64,000 nt of DNA from Chrysomallon squamiferum. Lineage: Eukaryota > Animalia > Mollusca. Below the pieces are notes generated by a model. That model made no database searches, was not told the origin of the DNA, and saw only the letters and a program-made list of their open reading frames with translations. Of this stretch, positions 14,501 through 28,987 are shown in pieces. The stretch's first letter is position 1; each line of letters opens with the position of its first letter. The stretch spans positions 15,438,001-15,502,000 of the forward strand of contig CM022675.1 in assembly GCA_012295275.1 (NCBI GenBank), written 5' to 3'. The translations under genes were made by a program, and so were the position numbers.

Positions 14501-17500
14501 TTGAGAACTGATATTAATATTTAAATGAATGTAACTGACTTCTCCTCAGGTTTGATTATAATCAATTATATATTAATGTTTGTTGAATATATTTGTTTGT
14601 TATTATTTTCTTTTTATCTAAACATCAGTGATTTTTTTTGTTTGGTTTTTGTTTTTGTTTGATTTGTTCCGATTTTACAATGGCAGAATCTTTATTATGC
14701 TTCATATTAATTAAAAACAGTTTTATAATCTGGTCAGTTTGTCCTCTTTGGAGATGCCAGATTTACAGTGTTGTATACTTTAATATTTCTATATCATAGA
14801 TGACCTATTATTAAAGCACTTTGATTTGAAACCTTGTCTTGGTTGTTTGTTCATACATTATTATACAGTGAGTAACTAACTAGTTACATATGTGTATATG
14901 TATATATATATTATGATCTTTTAACATTATAACATTATCTGCCTCCCCATTCCCTAGCTACAGAAGCAAATATGTTTTATTACATGTGTTTATATTTCAT
15001 ACTTTTATTAGTCAAATATTTCAATAACAAAGACTAATTTAATCCTTTGTATATTACTATTAAGTCACTCAATGTTTATTCAGAATAAATGAAAATAAGA
15101 TAATTTAGTAATCTGCATTGACCTTAATAAATCAATATAAATAAATAAGCTCAGGCCTGCTTTCTAACAACTGAGATGTTGGTCTGCTGTGGACTGATAA
15201 TACTTTACTAAATAACTATATAAACAGAATACAAACACTAGGATAGGTATATTTCAAAGTGTTAGGATCATGATGCTGTGTTTTACTGCTAATGACATGT
15301 ATTTGAAACCAGATTATTGTCTGATTCTTACCTGTTTCTTTTCTTCTAATTCTCTCAATTTCTTTTTCCTCTGTTCTTCTTTATATTGCTGAATATCTTT
15401 TTCAACTATTACCCTCTGTTCCTGGATCTTTCTGATTTCTGCTGACCTAAATAAACAAAATCACACATGATATTAATACATCATTTCACAAAAGATGTCA
15501 TGGTAATTTATCCAGTAGTTAATTTTGCTAATAAAAATTTTGTTACATTTAAATCTTACGTTCTGCGTTCTCCTAAAGGCATTCCTCTTGTCTGGTGGAC
15601 ATAGATTTTTGATGGTGACTTTGGTTTCTCCATGCTTTCTCTACTGTGCTGATAATCTTCAGTGCTTCGAGATGGTTTCACTGCAACAATAAATATACAC
15701 ATTAAACACACTGGTAAACATTAAACCTACTATCAAACAAACATACTGGTAAACACACTGTACTCCTGTTAATCACACATCACACTAGTATACATTAAAC
15801 ACATTGATACATTTAAAAAAACCCACTACATTAAGCAATCTGATACACATTAGACATATTATATCCTGGGCTGCTGTTACCATCAGGCCAACTAAAGCAG
15901 CCATCTAGGGTGTAACCTCAGAATTAATTACCTTTAAGGTCACAATTTTATACAAATTATTGTTTCAAGAACAATGTCAATATACAAGTAACAATTCTTT
16001 GTTCATAACAATTTATAGACAGTTCATTGTAAATTCATAACCAGTTTATTGTGTCTTTCAGTGAAACCACAGTTTGAGAATACTACCAGTCCTAAAACAT
16101 TTCTGGGATAAAAACCTTCCAAACCCTTATGGAGATAGAACATTTCTCAGGTGGTTCACCTCATAGTCTATTAATCAGTTTAAGTAATTCTTTTGACAAG
16201 TACAAACTGCCATATAGAAACCTCTTGATTAGTGTGGTTTTGATTATTGTGGAAACATATTTGACCAACCTAGATGGTATACAATTTGAATAGTGTTGTT
16301 AAAAAATATTTGAAAATGGCAGGCAAATGACCAACTGCACTAAATTTTAAAATATTTATCCACTGTTGTTTTATGTGATGACATCAGAAGATTAATTAAC
16401 AACACTAATTAAAAGATGACTGTAATGCTTTTGTTTGTTATTTCTTTGCAAAATCCTCTAAAGATTTCATTTTCTTTATCATGAGCTGAATTGGTCATAA
16501 GAGACTGATTTCAGTCAAAACATATAACTACACCTCAGAAGATATTAAAGTGTCAAAATTATGTTTTTTCATAATTAGGGAGGAAGCCTACTGCTTCCAC
16601 TCTAAGATTATACTTAACAATTATCAGTCAGGGATCTTTACATGGGAAGGAAAACACAAACAATGGATACTTGCTGGTATAGGAGGCAGACTAGTAGGAA
16701 AAGTGACCAGTCACGTATCGGGCCAGTGCAACTTTACCTCTGAGCTACAGCCTGCTTCTTTACCAATTATAGTTCTCAGCTTTTCTTAGAAAAAGAAATC
16801 TATGACAAATTACAGTTATTTTTAATCAAAATTTTTATTATAGGAATTTAATATTAATGCAGTTTGAAGTATGTAAAATATATTTAGTCTACATGGGTAT
16901 AAAACAAATTTTAAAAAAGTAATCAAGAACTACATCCTTGGTATTTGTTTTTTCAAAAAAATATCTTTGTGGGTTTAATTCCACAAGAATGGCTCAGCAA
17001 GATTACTGTGAAGCAGTCAATGTAGCCTACTTTATTTCAAAATGAGTTACCTCTGTCTATGGTTCTATTATGGTGAGTTGTATAAAACATGTTACACTAA
17101 ATAACCTGCCAGTATGTGGTATTGCCTGCCCTGTTGTATTAATCCAGTCAACAAACACTACGTCTTTTCATTACAGAGTGTTATTTCATTGCCATGTTGT
17201 ACAGGAGTGTCAAACAATGGCTCACATGAAGAAATAAACCATTTTAATATACTTTACTTTCTAATGTTAGTATTTGGCCTTTTGTATCATTTACACTGGT
17301 GCTATGCAGTGACACAAATATATAAAAGAATACTATTAAAATTATACTTTTGATTTCATATTTCACATTTTAATTTTTAATGTCAAGCAAACTGAAACAC
17401 AATTATATTATTTCATGAACAGTAAAGTTATTTTGTAATAACAGTTTTTCATCTATTTCAGAAATGAAAAGTAAAGATATTAAAAACAATATTGTGTTTT

Positions 17501-20500
17501 AACAAATAAGAGTAGATATCAGTTATTGGCAACTGAACAGTTGTACACAATTATTTTGCATAAATCTAACAAACTGTGAATACATAATTATTTAGGAATT
17601 TGTTTGAAAGTTATTGTAAGACAGAATTTAATTTTTTAAATAATCTCAAAAAACCCACACAGTAATTGTGACCTTAATGATGCATTTCAAAAACATACTT
17701 TTTGCTCATAATGCTCATTTTTGTTGTAGATGGGTATTAATTTATTACTAGTTATGAAAAAATTATATCTTGATCTTAAAATAATTCAGAAAAAGCACAT
17801 TTTTAAATAAAAAAGAAAATCAGGTCCTTGAGATTTTCTGATAACAAAACAATGATCTGCTATCTCAAAAACTGAATAACTGGGGCAACGGTTTGATAAG
17901 CTACAGGGTTCTTGTATCTTTTTGGAAACTGATATATTTAATTAGGTCATTATAACTTATAAGTCTTTAAAAAAAATTGTCCTCTAATTTCAGTTTATAA
18001 AGAAAAAGAGAATATTTGTTCACAATATCTTATTTCTCATTATAGGTATATAGATATATCTTCACAGTTTTTTATTAAATAAATTTTGTTAACTTTATAC
18101 CACATCAACAATATCTGGATACAAACTGTGTATCATATATAATATTACTGATCAATTAAAGAAAACGCAATTAGAATAGGAGAATGTTAGATGGTATTCT
18201 TCAATAATTTGAACAGACAATATGCTGGGAAAGCATCAAATGTAACTCTGTTATTTGAAAGTCATTCCATCATTCCAATCAGCTAATAAATTTCAGTGTT
18301 TTTGTACAACTGAAAAACAAATGCCATCATTGCTGTCTCATTTAACAAACAGTCTTAGACTTAATTTTTTTTTAAATCTGTAAGCCTCATTTCTTTCAAC
18401 TGAGGAAAATTTCTGTTTTATCTGCTTGTTTCAATGGCTGCTATTTCTTCTTCCTTTTTATTTTATTTTTTATTTTTTGAATAAAGGTTAGCATACTATT
18501 TGTTAATGTTCTGAAATTTCATTTACATCTAGTTTAGAACAAGAATGCTTTGTTGTTTTACCTGGACTAAATAAGGAAGTGTTTCTCAATACTGAACTAT
18601 TTGTTTGATCTTGAACTGACTGATGAACAATTGGCTGCCGAGGTCTAAGAAAACTATTATCAGGGTAGCCTTTGTAGCGAAAGTCATGGTAGTAGGCACA
18701 TCTATCAGTAACTACTGGGCTGTGGAGAAAATCTGGCTGTGCTGGTGAAAGTTAAACTGTACATTAAGTCAGTTTATTGTACAAACAATGTATTTAATTT
18801 ACTATTTTCAACGTATTTTAGGTGCTATTCTAATCAGAAAGGAAACTCATTTGAATATGAAAGAAGTTATACATTTTTCAACCTCTGTAAGCAAACAAAT
18901 ATTTACACAGTCAGTGAAACAAATAAATAAAGTAGAAAAATAACAAAATAAATAAATAAACATATATTAGGAACAGAATAATTCTTTCATGAAACTGAAA
19001 TGAGAAAAAAAAAAAAAGCATATGAAGCAACACAACTGAGCATTTAGCATATTAAAACAGTTTTAACAGATATACACCATCTTCCTAAATAACTGAAAAT
19101 GTGTGAAATGAAATTTAAAATATGAACTCTAATTTTCAGAAACACAATTTAAAATAATGTCCCAAATATACTATTTTTATTTATAAATCTTCTAAAAAAA
19201 TACAACACTGTCTTTCTTTAAAAAACAACAAAAAAATTATAAATTATTTAATGAAAAAAGTATAAAAATTATTTGTAAAAAAAGCATGAAAATTATTTAC
19301 AAAGTTGTAATAAAATACATAAACAAAAATAGTATAAAATATTTTGATCAAAAATCAATTGTTAGCAGATTAAATAAAATAACATTTTAAAAAGTTATAG
19401 GTGAAATAATTGAAATTGTAAGCCAGACAGAAGGGAACATACTTACCAGTGCTATGTGTGTAATTCATAATGAATGACACCAGTAATTTTATCTCTGTTG
19501 CTGTAGATTCCTAGGTAACAGTTCGGCTTCAGCAGACGCAAATCATCACTTTTACATGAAATTTTATTGATTGTTTTGTTTCTTGCACTAATATTCAGAA
19601 ACAAAAAATAACATAGACTCTGATGGTTTCATTCAGGAAAAACCTAATGCCTGACAACAGCATAAACAATAGTTTACTGGTCACGTTCAAACACGTCAGT
19701 GAAACCTTAATTTCTTTCCTAGCATTTATTTATAAACTGTGATTATTAAATGTCTGCTGAAGCAAATGTAATATCTAAATAAAACATTTATTTTTAAATA
19801 TGATAATGTTAATTTTAAATATTAAACTTCATAAAACTGGGGAGAAATTTTTAAATGTCAGCAATGTAAATAACATTAATAAATAAATAAAATGCATAAG
19901 CAAAAAAGAAAAAAGAAAAATGGATATTATTATTTTATTGTCTTAATTAATTTAAAGTCAGATTAATTACTTTATACAGGGAATAGATCAGATTCATTCA
20001 CAGAGGTATATATTTGTCAAAAACATTCAATAATGCAATGTTTTAGCTGCAAACCTCAGAGTTTTAATGTGTTAAAGTCTCAAGCTGATAACACAAGGTT
20101 AGATATGAAATAAATTTCCTGTAACTGCTAACAAGTTAAAAGACAAAGGAAGGGTCAGTTTCTTTCAAATAAATGTTTCATGGGAAATGTCTGTGGGTCT
20201 GTTATTGATTCGCATACACCGAGATTGGTACATATAAATTGATTTAATGAAAGGAAAATGACTGCAAGTAATCAAAAGCTTAACAGTCAAAGAAATAAAT
20301 TATTAAACCAGCTAATGAAATAACTGATATAGTTTCTACTAGTTTTGGAGTGCTTTGTTTATATCAGCTTTGAATTATTAATTAAATCTAAAATTACTAT
20401 TTTCAACACATCTTTATATATTTTTTTATTTTATCTTAGTGTCTCATGTTTAATTTTTTTTATTTGAAAAACTGTTAGTGGTGTTCTTAGTGTTGTGAAA

Positions 20501-23500
20501 ATATTTATGAAGAAGACATAAATAAGTGAAATGGACCATCAAGTCTTGTGCAAACCATTCACTGAAACAGGTCAGAGTTGATCAATAAAGCAATATTCTT
20601 TGATCAAATGTTCAGTAAGGAAACAACAATGTATTGAGAATCACAGAGTGGCATATTTTCATCAACAATCTCACAAACTGCTGTTTTTTCATCAACAATC
20701 TCACAAATTGCTGTATTTTCATCAACAATCTCACACACTGCAGTATTTTCATCAACAGTCTCACAAATTGCTGTAATTTCATCAACAATCTTACAAACTG
20801 CTGTTTTTTTCATCAACAGTCTCACACAGTGATGTATTAACAACTATTTCATTAGATACAACATTATTCAATGTGGTGTTTTAGTAGCATTCAAAATGGA
20901 GTTTATTATAAACTTTGAAATAATTTAAAATTAGATTTAAATAAACACTGATTTTGATGTGATATGTTTTACAAAATTATTTATTTGTTATCAAGACAAT
21001 TTACTTAAACATTTTATGAAACATGTGTTAAAATTAATTGTGAGTAGGACACTGTTATAAACTAATACAAATTGTCAACAAATTTCTGTATAGACTAGAC
21101 TTAGTTGTAAGTCCAAGTGAAAACTGCTAACTATTAACCATCACACAAGCATTTACTGAGAATAACACTCACTCAATCTAGTCTCAGCTGCTCTATACCA
21201 GCAAAACACTACAACTCTTAATAACACACTCAAGTTTAGCTGATAAAATAAACAAAGGAAAAAGAAAGCAAGAAAGATTTAAAAATTCCAAGAGACTGAG
21301 AGACACAGAACAATTTCACAAAGAGTGGTTTATTACTCAGTCATTATATTTGTTATGCGTTAAATATTCCAAAATATTTATACAGTTATTTTTGGTTAGA
21401 GTGAAAATGAAATTAATATAAATAAAAAATATTAATGAACATTTTTGTTAACTATTTGTTTTTTTGTTTTTTTAACTATGAACAGACAATACAGTTAACT
21501 AACAACACATTCACTGTTATTATCAGTTATAACAAAGCATCAAAAGAAAGTTTACCATTCTCTGAGTAAGCCACTGAATCTGCAAAAAAGAAAGGAGAAA
21601 ATTATATTTATTGCTTAAACAATTCTTTGAACAAAAAAATTGATATTCACTGAAAAATGAAAAATAGAAATTGCTATTGTATACATTAACCATAGAAATT
21701 ATTGAAAATTTAAACTTTAGTACATATAAAAGCAATATAATACAATAATATAATAATTTTGCAAAAACAATATACATACATAAAACCAATGTAAACAAAT
21801 GTGCAGTGGAAAAATATAGGCTAGGCTGGGTCAAGTTTGTTAGATTAGAATGGTTATGGGTCCAGCTGTACAATTTATTGTTACCTTCTTGTGAGGTGGG
21901 TTGAAAAAAGGGTTATCATATAGCAGGACTTGGGATAACTTAATAGTACCATGAGGTAAGGTTTCAAGTGGGAAATGGTGGTAAGTTAAGATTATGTGAT
22001 TTTTCCAGATTTGGTCCCAAAATCCAGAAAATCAAGGTTCGACAGCATATTTATGTACGCAGTATTATAATTACAAAACAAATAAACAACTAAACATACA
22101 ACAAGCCTCATGTGAGAAAATTAAAAATAGAAGCTCCATAACAATATGCTATTTCCCAGCAACATACAAGCTACTACAGTAAAGAGGGTTGCTATTTTTA
22201 GCTCAATTTTAATGCTTGTCTCTGCAGGATATGGAAAAAATGGAACCAGAAAAAATATCACCGGAAAAATGGGACCTGGAAAAAATGGCACCTTATTATT
22301 ATTATTATTATTTTTTTTATATTGTTGCTTTAAAAATACAGTTTATTCATGCAATATTGTTACATAGATGTCTATTAATATATAGTATTACTCAGCCACA
22401 TGGTTTTACTTAACAAAGTACAGTATTATATCAGAGTTTAATATTACACATATACATATACATATACACACACACATATATATATCTTATGCTGTTTGAA
22501 GTGACTGAATGATATTATTCTGGAGTATATTTTAACTGTGGTACGCATATTTACATTAGGTACATCTGTATGAATGTGTCTATATGTATGAATGTACTCC
22601 TTCATCTATGTAAGTGTGAAAGCATACATATATGTATGTTAGTGTGTGTGTGTGTATAAATATGTATGTATGTGTACATATGTATGTATGTGTGTATATA
22701 TATATTTGTATGTGTGTATGTGTGTATGTGTGTAATATTAAACTCTGGTATAATACTGTACTTTGTTAAGCAAAACCAAGTGGTCGAGTGATGCTATATA
22801 TTAATACACATGTATGTAACAATACTGCATGAATAAACAGTACTTTTAAGGTTTTTTTTAAAGCAACAATAGAGGAAAAAAATAACAAGCTGCCATATTT
22901 TCTAAATCTGCACAGTGCCATTTGTTCTGAGTGCCATTTTTTCCAAGTGCCATTTTTTCCTACAACTGTCTCTGCATATACATCTTGAAAATTCTTAAGT
23001 GCCATGCGGCTGTTAAAGCTCACATGTTATGATTAAAGATAATTCTTATTTGTTTTGTGGCAGTTTGTATACTATACAACTTTTGAAGGTGCTCCATGTC
23101 TTTCTAGAAATGTGCATAACATGACACAACTTTTGTTCATAATTTTAAACCCCACTATGGGTGCTATTAGATATTAAATCATACTGACTACACTATTCTA
23201 ATATAAAAATAAAATAATAAAGTACTTAATGTACAGTAATTTAAACTGTAGTTTGTCAAAATATTGGATACGAAACCCACAGATAAGACAGGCTAATTGT
23301 ATCCAGACAGACACAAACACACACACACACAGTGGTACCTTGACTTACGAGTTTAATTCGTTCTGTGACTGAACTCATAACTCAAATTTCTCTGTATATG
23401 AAATAAATTTTCCCAAATGAAATGAATACCATTAATCCGTTCCTTTCCCCCAAAAGCCACCCCAATTATTTTTAAAGTGTTTTTAAATAAGAAAAATGTT

Positions 23501-25542
23501 TGTATAAATGACAAATACTGCATAAAAACAAAATAAAGAGAATGTAAAGAAATAAATTGGTTTTGTAAAGTGTACAGGGTTAGGGTTTCTCCATCTCTTC
23601 ATGGACAGAAGTTCTCAGCTTAGAAGTTATTTTAAGGCCTTTGGCTGGACATACAGCCTTTATCGACTCCTTCTGCTTCAGTATGGTACATATCATAAAA
23701 GTACTACCCTCATACTGCCTAGCCACACTGACTATATGCACACCTCTCTATGATTTTATGCGTTAATGCAATGGACATCATCGACTTCTTCTTCTCCCTA
23801 TTGTCCTTTGCATTCACTTTCTTAGGATCCATGGAAATTTGGCAAAATACTGCATAAAATGTGAGCACAACACAACAGAAATGCTTCCAGAGTGAGGTAA
23901 CCACATGAAGCAAATAAGTGAGATGCAAGATGCTGGGCAGATGTTGTGTTGTTCATTGCACCAACTAGTGGCGGCATATCTGAATCTACTCATAACTCAG
24001 AAAACTCGTAACTTGAGGTACCACTGTGTATGTATATGTATATGAAATGAAATCAATATCAGTTTATCATTTATAATAACCATATTCAGTTACTTTCATT
24101 TTTCAGTTTGATCTGATGCTATTATTATTAAATCAGTTATCCAGCCAACTTATGACACAAGGTGGTGCAGATATCTGTGTTTGCCTGATTTCTGGCTACA
24201 GGGTAAATATATATTTAAAATGTAAAATAAAAATGAGAATTAAAGAACGAGAAGATAAATATTAACACACTTCTAAAGAACAATATGTTTGGTCTTTATT
24301 AATCTGCTTGAAATTCTTAAAATATCTGTACAGAAAACCAATAATATATTGGATAAAAATTAAATATAGAAAAGCAAAGAACATAATTACTAAAACTTCT
24401 ACAGAAAATAAAATATATTTCATGATAATGCACAGTATTTAACAGATACAGGTACAAAATAATGTACCCATAAAGTTTGATCTTCATTAATCTATTTTAT
24501 AAAGTAAAAAAGAAAATTGTTTTTAACATTCTTCATATATATGTGTGTGTATGTGTGTGTGTGTGTGTGTGTGCGTGTGTATGTCTCTCTGTCTGTATGT
24601 GTGTTGTGTGTGTGTGTCACTGATGCAGGAAATGAAATGTAGCCAGTTTTCAGGTTTTGTAGAAATTGGGTAAATGGTTTGGTACCTTGTTATTTCACTG
24701 TATCATAGCAGCAGCAGTCTCAATATTCACCCTTCATGAAAATTAAACGTTTGACTTTCACTATGAAAATATTATATATTTAAATAAAAACCTTTTCTTT
24801 CTATTGAAATTTTGAACATACTTGTTTTAATATAAGTATGAGTGAAATTATTTCTTAGAGTTTAAGATTTTGGGATAATTTTAATTTTATTACAGTCTTA
24901 AGGTGTTTTTCATTCATTTACTTTTATTATTATCATTTAATAAGAAGGCTGGAGGTTATTCAGTTTTTGCATTAAATATGATTGGGGTTATAATGTTTTC
25001 AAAATTTAACTATTTCTGTAACAAGATTTGTTGTATTTTCACTGAAGTATAAGTAATTTTAAAAACTGTGTTACCTAAATGTTGAATATGCTGATTATGT
25101 GGTGATTTGTACTCCTCCCACAGTCTCCTAACAATGAAATCACCATACGTCTGGACAAAGCAGCATAAAGAAAACAAATATTAGTGATGATAATAATAAT
25201 AATATATATATAAAAGAAATGTTTGGTATTAAATATAAATTTACTTATTGCTAGTCTTCATATATATATATATATTTATATATTCATGAAGACTAGCAAT
25301 AATTAAATATAAATTTAATATCAAACATTTATTTAATTTTTTTCTAGATCTTAGATAACAATCTATAAAGAAACTCAAGTTACTGTCAAGAAAATCAAGT
25401 TGCAGGTTAAAATGTACGTTATACAAAGCTTAGTGATAAAGATAGCTGTGATAACAACAAATAGCAATAAAATGATAAGCCTAAACCAGAACCTTTTAAT
25501 GTCCATTAATTAGGAAATCAATAGAAACCAGAAAAAGTTAAC

Positions 25543-25574
<32 letters not shown>

Positions 25575-28500
25575 GGAACATAAACAAAAACTAATACTTC
25601 ATTAAAAAAGATTTTGAACAAAATATATATTAGAAACAATTAGTCTAGTTTAAATTGCTGAAATGTATGTAAACTCCCAGTTCTAGGAAAAAAGTCACAT
25701 TTTATTAAAATTAAGAAATATATTAGAAATGAAAGATGGATGAAACCCATGTTCTTTGATTTTAATGTTGGTGGTTTAGCTGGATGTTCCATCCAATAAC
25801 TCGAAGAAATCCCGACACAGTCTTGTGGTCCTTAAGTACTATTCATTTAATGTAAATACCACTGAATTCTATTATGATTATTATCTGTTTTTAAATTGTT
25901 TGTACAAAATGTCTACATTTAAACAAGTGCAGATCAAATCTTTTGAGAAGAGCTTATTTTTCAAGGATTTGACATTCCAAAATTACATATACATAATACA
26001 TTTATACATACACACACACAAACACACACACATACATCCATATATATAAACACACACATATATACATATATATACATATGTATATACATACCTATCTGTC
26101 TGTATATCTATCTATCTATATGTATATTATAAGACAAAAAAACAAAACAAAAATAAACAACAAGAATAACAGAAAAATGTCTTTTTTATCCATTTAGTCA
26201 TAGCATATGTGCCGTTATTTTCAAGTATTTATTAAAATATTTCTTTAATTTGAAAGCAACATAACATAATAAAGGAAAAAAAAAAAAGACTGAAATTGAA
26301 AACAGACAATTTAATGAAACAATAAAACTATGCAAATTAAAGTCAGTAAAAAAATAATAAATTAAAATCCACTTATTATAGAAAACAATTTATTAAACCA
26401 AAATATTGATATGTAAACACTAATAATTATGACATGTTTTTTAATGCCTGCAAAATAGTCACTTTATCATATTGCCAGATCAAAAGTATATTGTTACAAG
26501 TGCACTTCAGATATAAAGGATTATGTTGAACATGTGTTGATGTCATTGATATATATTTTTCCACCTGCAAATCTATGTATTAACATATTCAGCTTAAAGG
26601 AATGCCTAGGCCAAATAGGCCATACATATTCAGCTTACATTATTATTCACAATGAACAAATGCATTGATATATTATATTAATATATAAGAAACACACACA
26701 AATACACAAACACATCTTCAAGCATACACTCATACACATGTCAGAGATGAAAAAACCCTTCAATATCAATCTTACTAAGTGCATATGTTATCACTTATAA
26801 TAAGCAAAATATTACTGAACCTATCAGCCATTACTGTGACTGGCCACCTAACTAACCATGGTTACCTGGTCAAAAGCACATGAAATTATTTTAACAAATA
26901 TCTAAGAGGAAATTTTAGTTTTCATTCTCCTTAAATTTCTAAATTAGTATTTAATAAACTTACTATTTACCACCATATTTCCTGTTATTCGAGCTTCTAT
27001 TTTTTTTTGTCACCAGCTCAATGTTTGGGGTCTTTAATTTTCAGGATAATTTTATACATAAACTAACAATATAAAGTAAATGAGAAAAGAAAAAGCTCAG
27101 TATTAGAAATAATGTTTGATTCTTGTACAAGGTGAATGTGAAATTTTATGGACTAAAAGAATAAATAAGAGGACTATGATTATTATTTGATGGAGTAGCT
27201 CTTTCCCTGTTAACCCATCTGTTAACATATATTTTCCAGCATGAGGTATTTGTTTTTCCCCCTACATGTGTATAAAACTAGTGCATTATCTTGAGATATC
27301 TCAGTGGTTTTGTCACATGTTTAGATATGTCACCAATGGTGCCAAAAGAATTAATGATTAGAGCTAATAGAATATAGTTACTGAATGTCATTTTTTATAT
27401 TACTAGAGTACCCAAACGTGTTGAAAAAACATAACTATTCCCCTTGAGTTACTTTAAATACATGGTACAACAGCACACTAGTGTGGAAATTCAACATGAA
27501 TGGAACTTAGCAGGTCTCTAAAAAATTATAAGTTTACAAAAGCATTTGTTGAAAATATAGACTAGTAATATAATATTAGTGCAAAACTGTTCAGATTTCA
27601 AAGTGTTAAACAGTTTTGAGATTGACACTGCCACATATGGCAAAAGGGTTATTATTTATAATTACACATTTCGTAACTTTGCAAAAAACAGGCCTAGGCC
27701 ACATGGTAAATGAAGGCACCCTTTCAAACTGCTCAATAACTGATTTTGTAGTCCATGCTAAAGATTTATATATATGTATATGCATGTGCTTAATTTTAGG
27801 ATTAGTGCAAGACATAAAATTGCACCTCCTCTCTGTTTTGGTATGTTCGGAAATACACGTTTCTAACAGATAAAACTCATATTTAACCTAAATATCACTT
27901 TAAGTACACTTCTTCAAAGATTTACATTAATTAAACTAACAATCACTAATCATATATGTAAAATGTTTGTTTTGGTTTTTTATATTTTTGACAACCAAAT
28001 ACTGTATTTATAATGCTGTCATGATAACCAATATTGATAATTATAAAAAAAAAAATATTACATAAAAGAGCAAGTTCAACATTTATTTAATGTTCCAAAA
28101 AGGTTATTCACAATAAAGCTATTAATGTCTAAAGACTGTACCAATTTGTAAAGATCAAAACTTGTATACAGGCCAAGAGTATTTAATTCTAAATTATAAT
28201 TATCATCATATCGGAGGGGGGGATTGCAGGCACAGGCTGGACCCTGATTACTGTGATTGAAATCAATTTGAACACTGTGAGGTACTGACAAGGAATTTTG
28301 CAAACTGTATTGTTTTTGTGACAGAATAGCTCTGGGATGACATTACAAAACACTAGACTACACACTGCTAGAGCTGTGCAGCAATATCTCAATCAGAACA
28401 CTGTTAAATCAGTATTAATACAGGTTCTAATCAGAAAAGCCTGATAAAAAAAAAAAAAAAAAAAAACCCAGCTCTGCTTAAATACATAACTTGATAACTG

Positions 28501-28948
28501 TATTAGCAATCACTTTGTTGCTTGGAATTTATCTTCAATATTGGCACAAACTTAATCTGTGCAGGAGAGCTAAGAAACCAATAGCATTGTGATGGTCATC
28601 TGATATACTGTTATGTGTAATACAGGTCATATTAAAAATAATAAATTATTCAGTAACTTGGAAATTACAATCTACAGTATTATTCATCTGAATGATATCT
28701 AATTATGCATCTAGTTTTCAACCATTTTTGCAACTTATATAATCAAAAGTTATATTTTTCAGTTCAAGACTGTATTTTATGTATATAAATCACACGAATA
28801 CAGTGAAATTAATGTATTTTTTCACCTATTTAATAGTTTATATTTTTATATATTTATGATTTAAGAAAAGATATAAATAAGTATCTTATTTAAATGTGAA
28901 AAAATATTAAGAAAAGCTGTTATTAATGAAACCATACATGAAATTAAA

Positions 28949-28987
<39 letters not shown>

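Noticed and set aside
19447-19500. Possible 54-nt phase-1 exon (ATEIKLLVSFIMNYTHST)
   Set aside because: Good donor but symmetric, not required for frame, and atypical in composition; unverified
25747-27031. Extra exons of the CSPP1-like gene at ~25747-25830 and ~26971-27031
   Set aside because: Open frames exist, but splice sites are weak and the phases could not be reconciled with exon 1 and the 25150 acceptor
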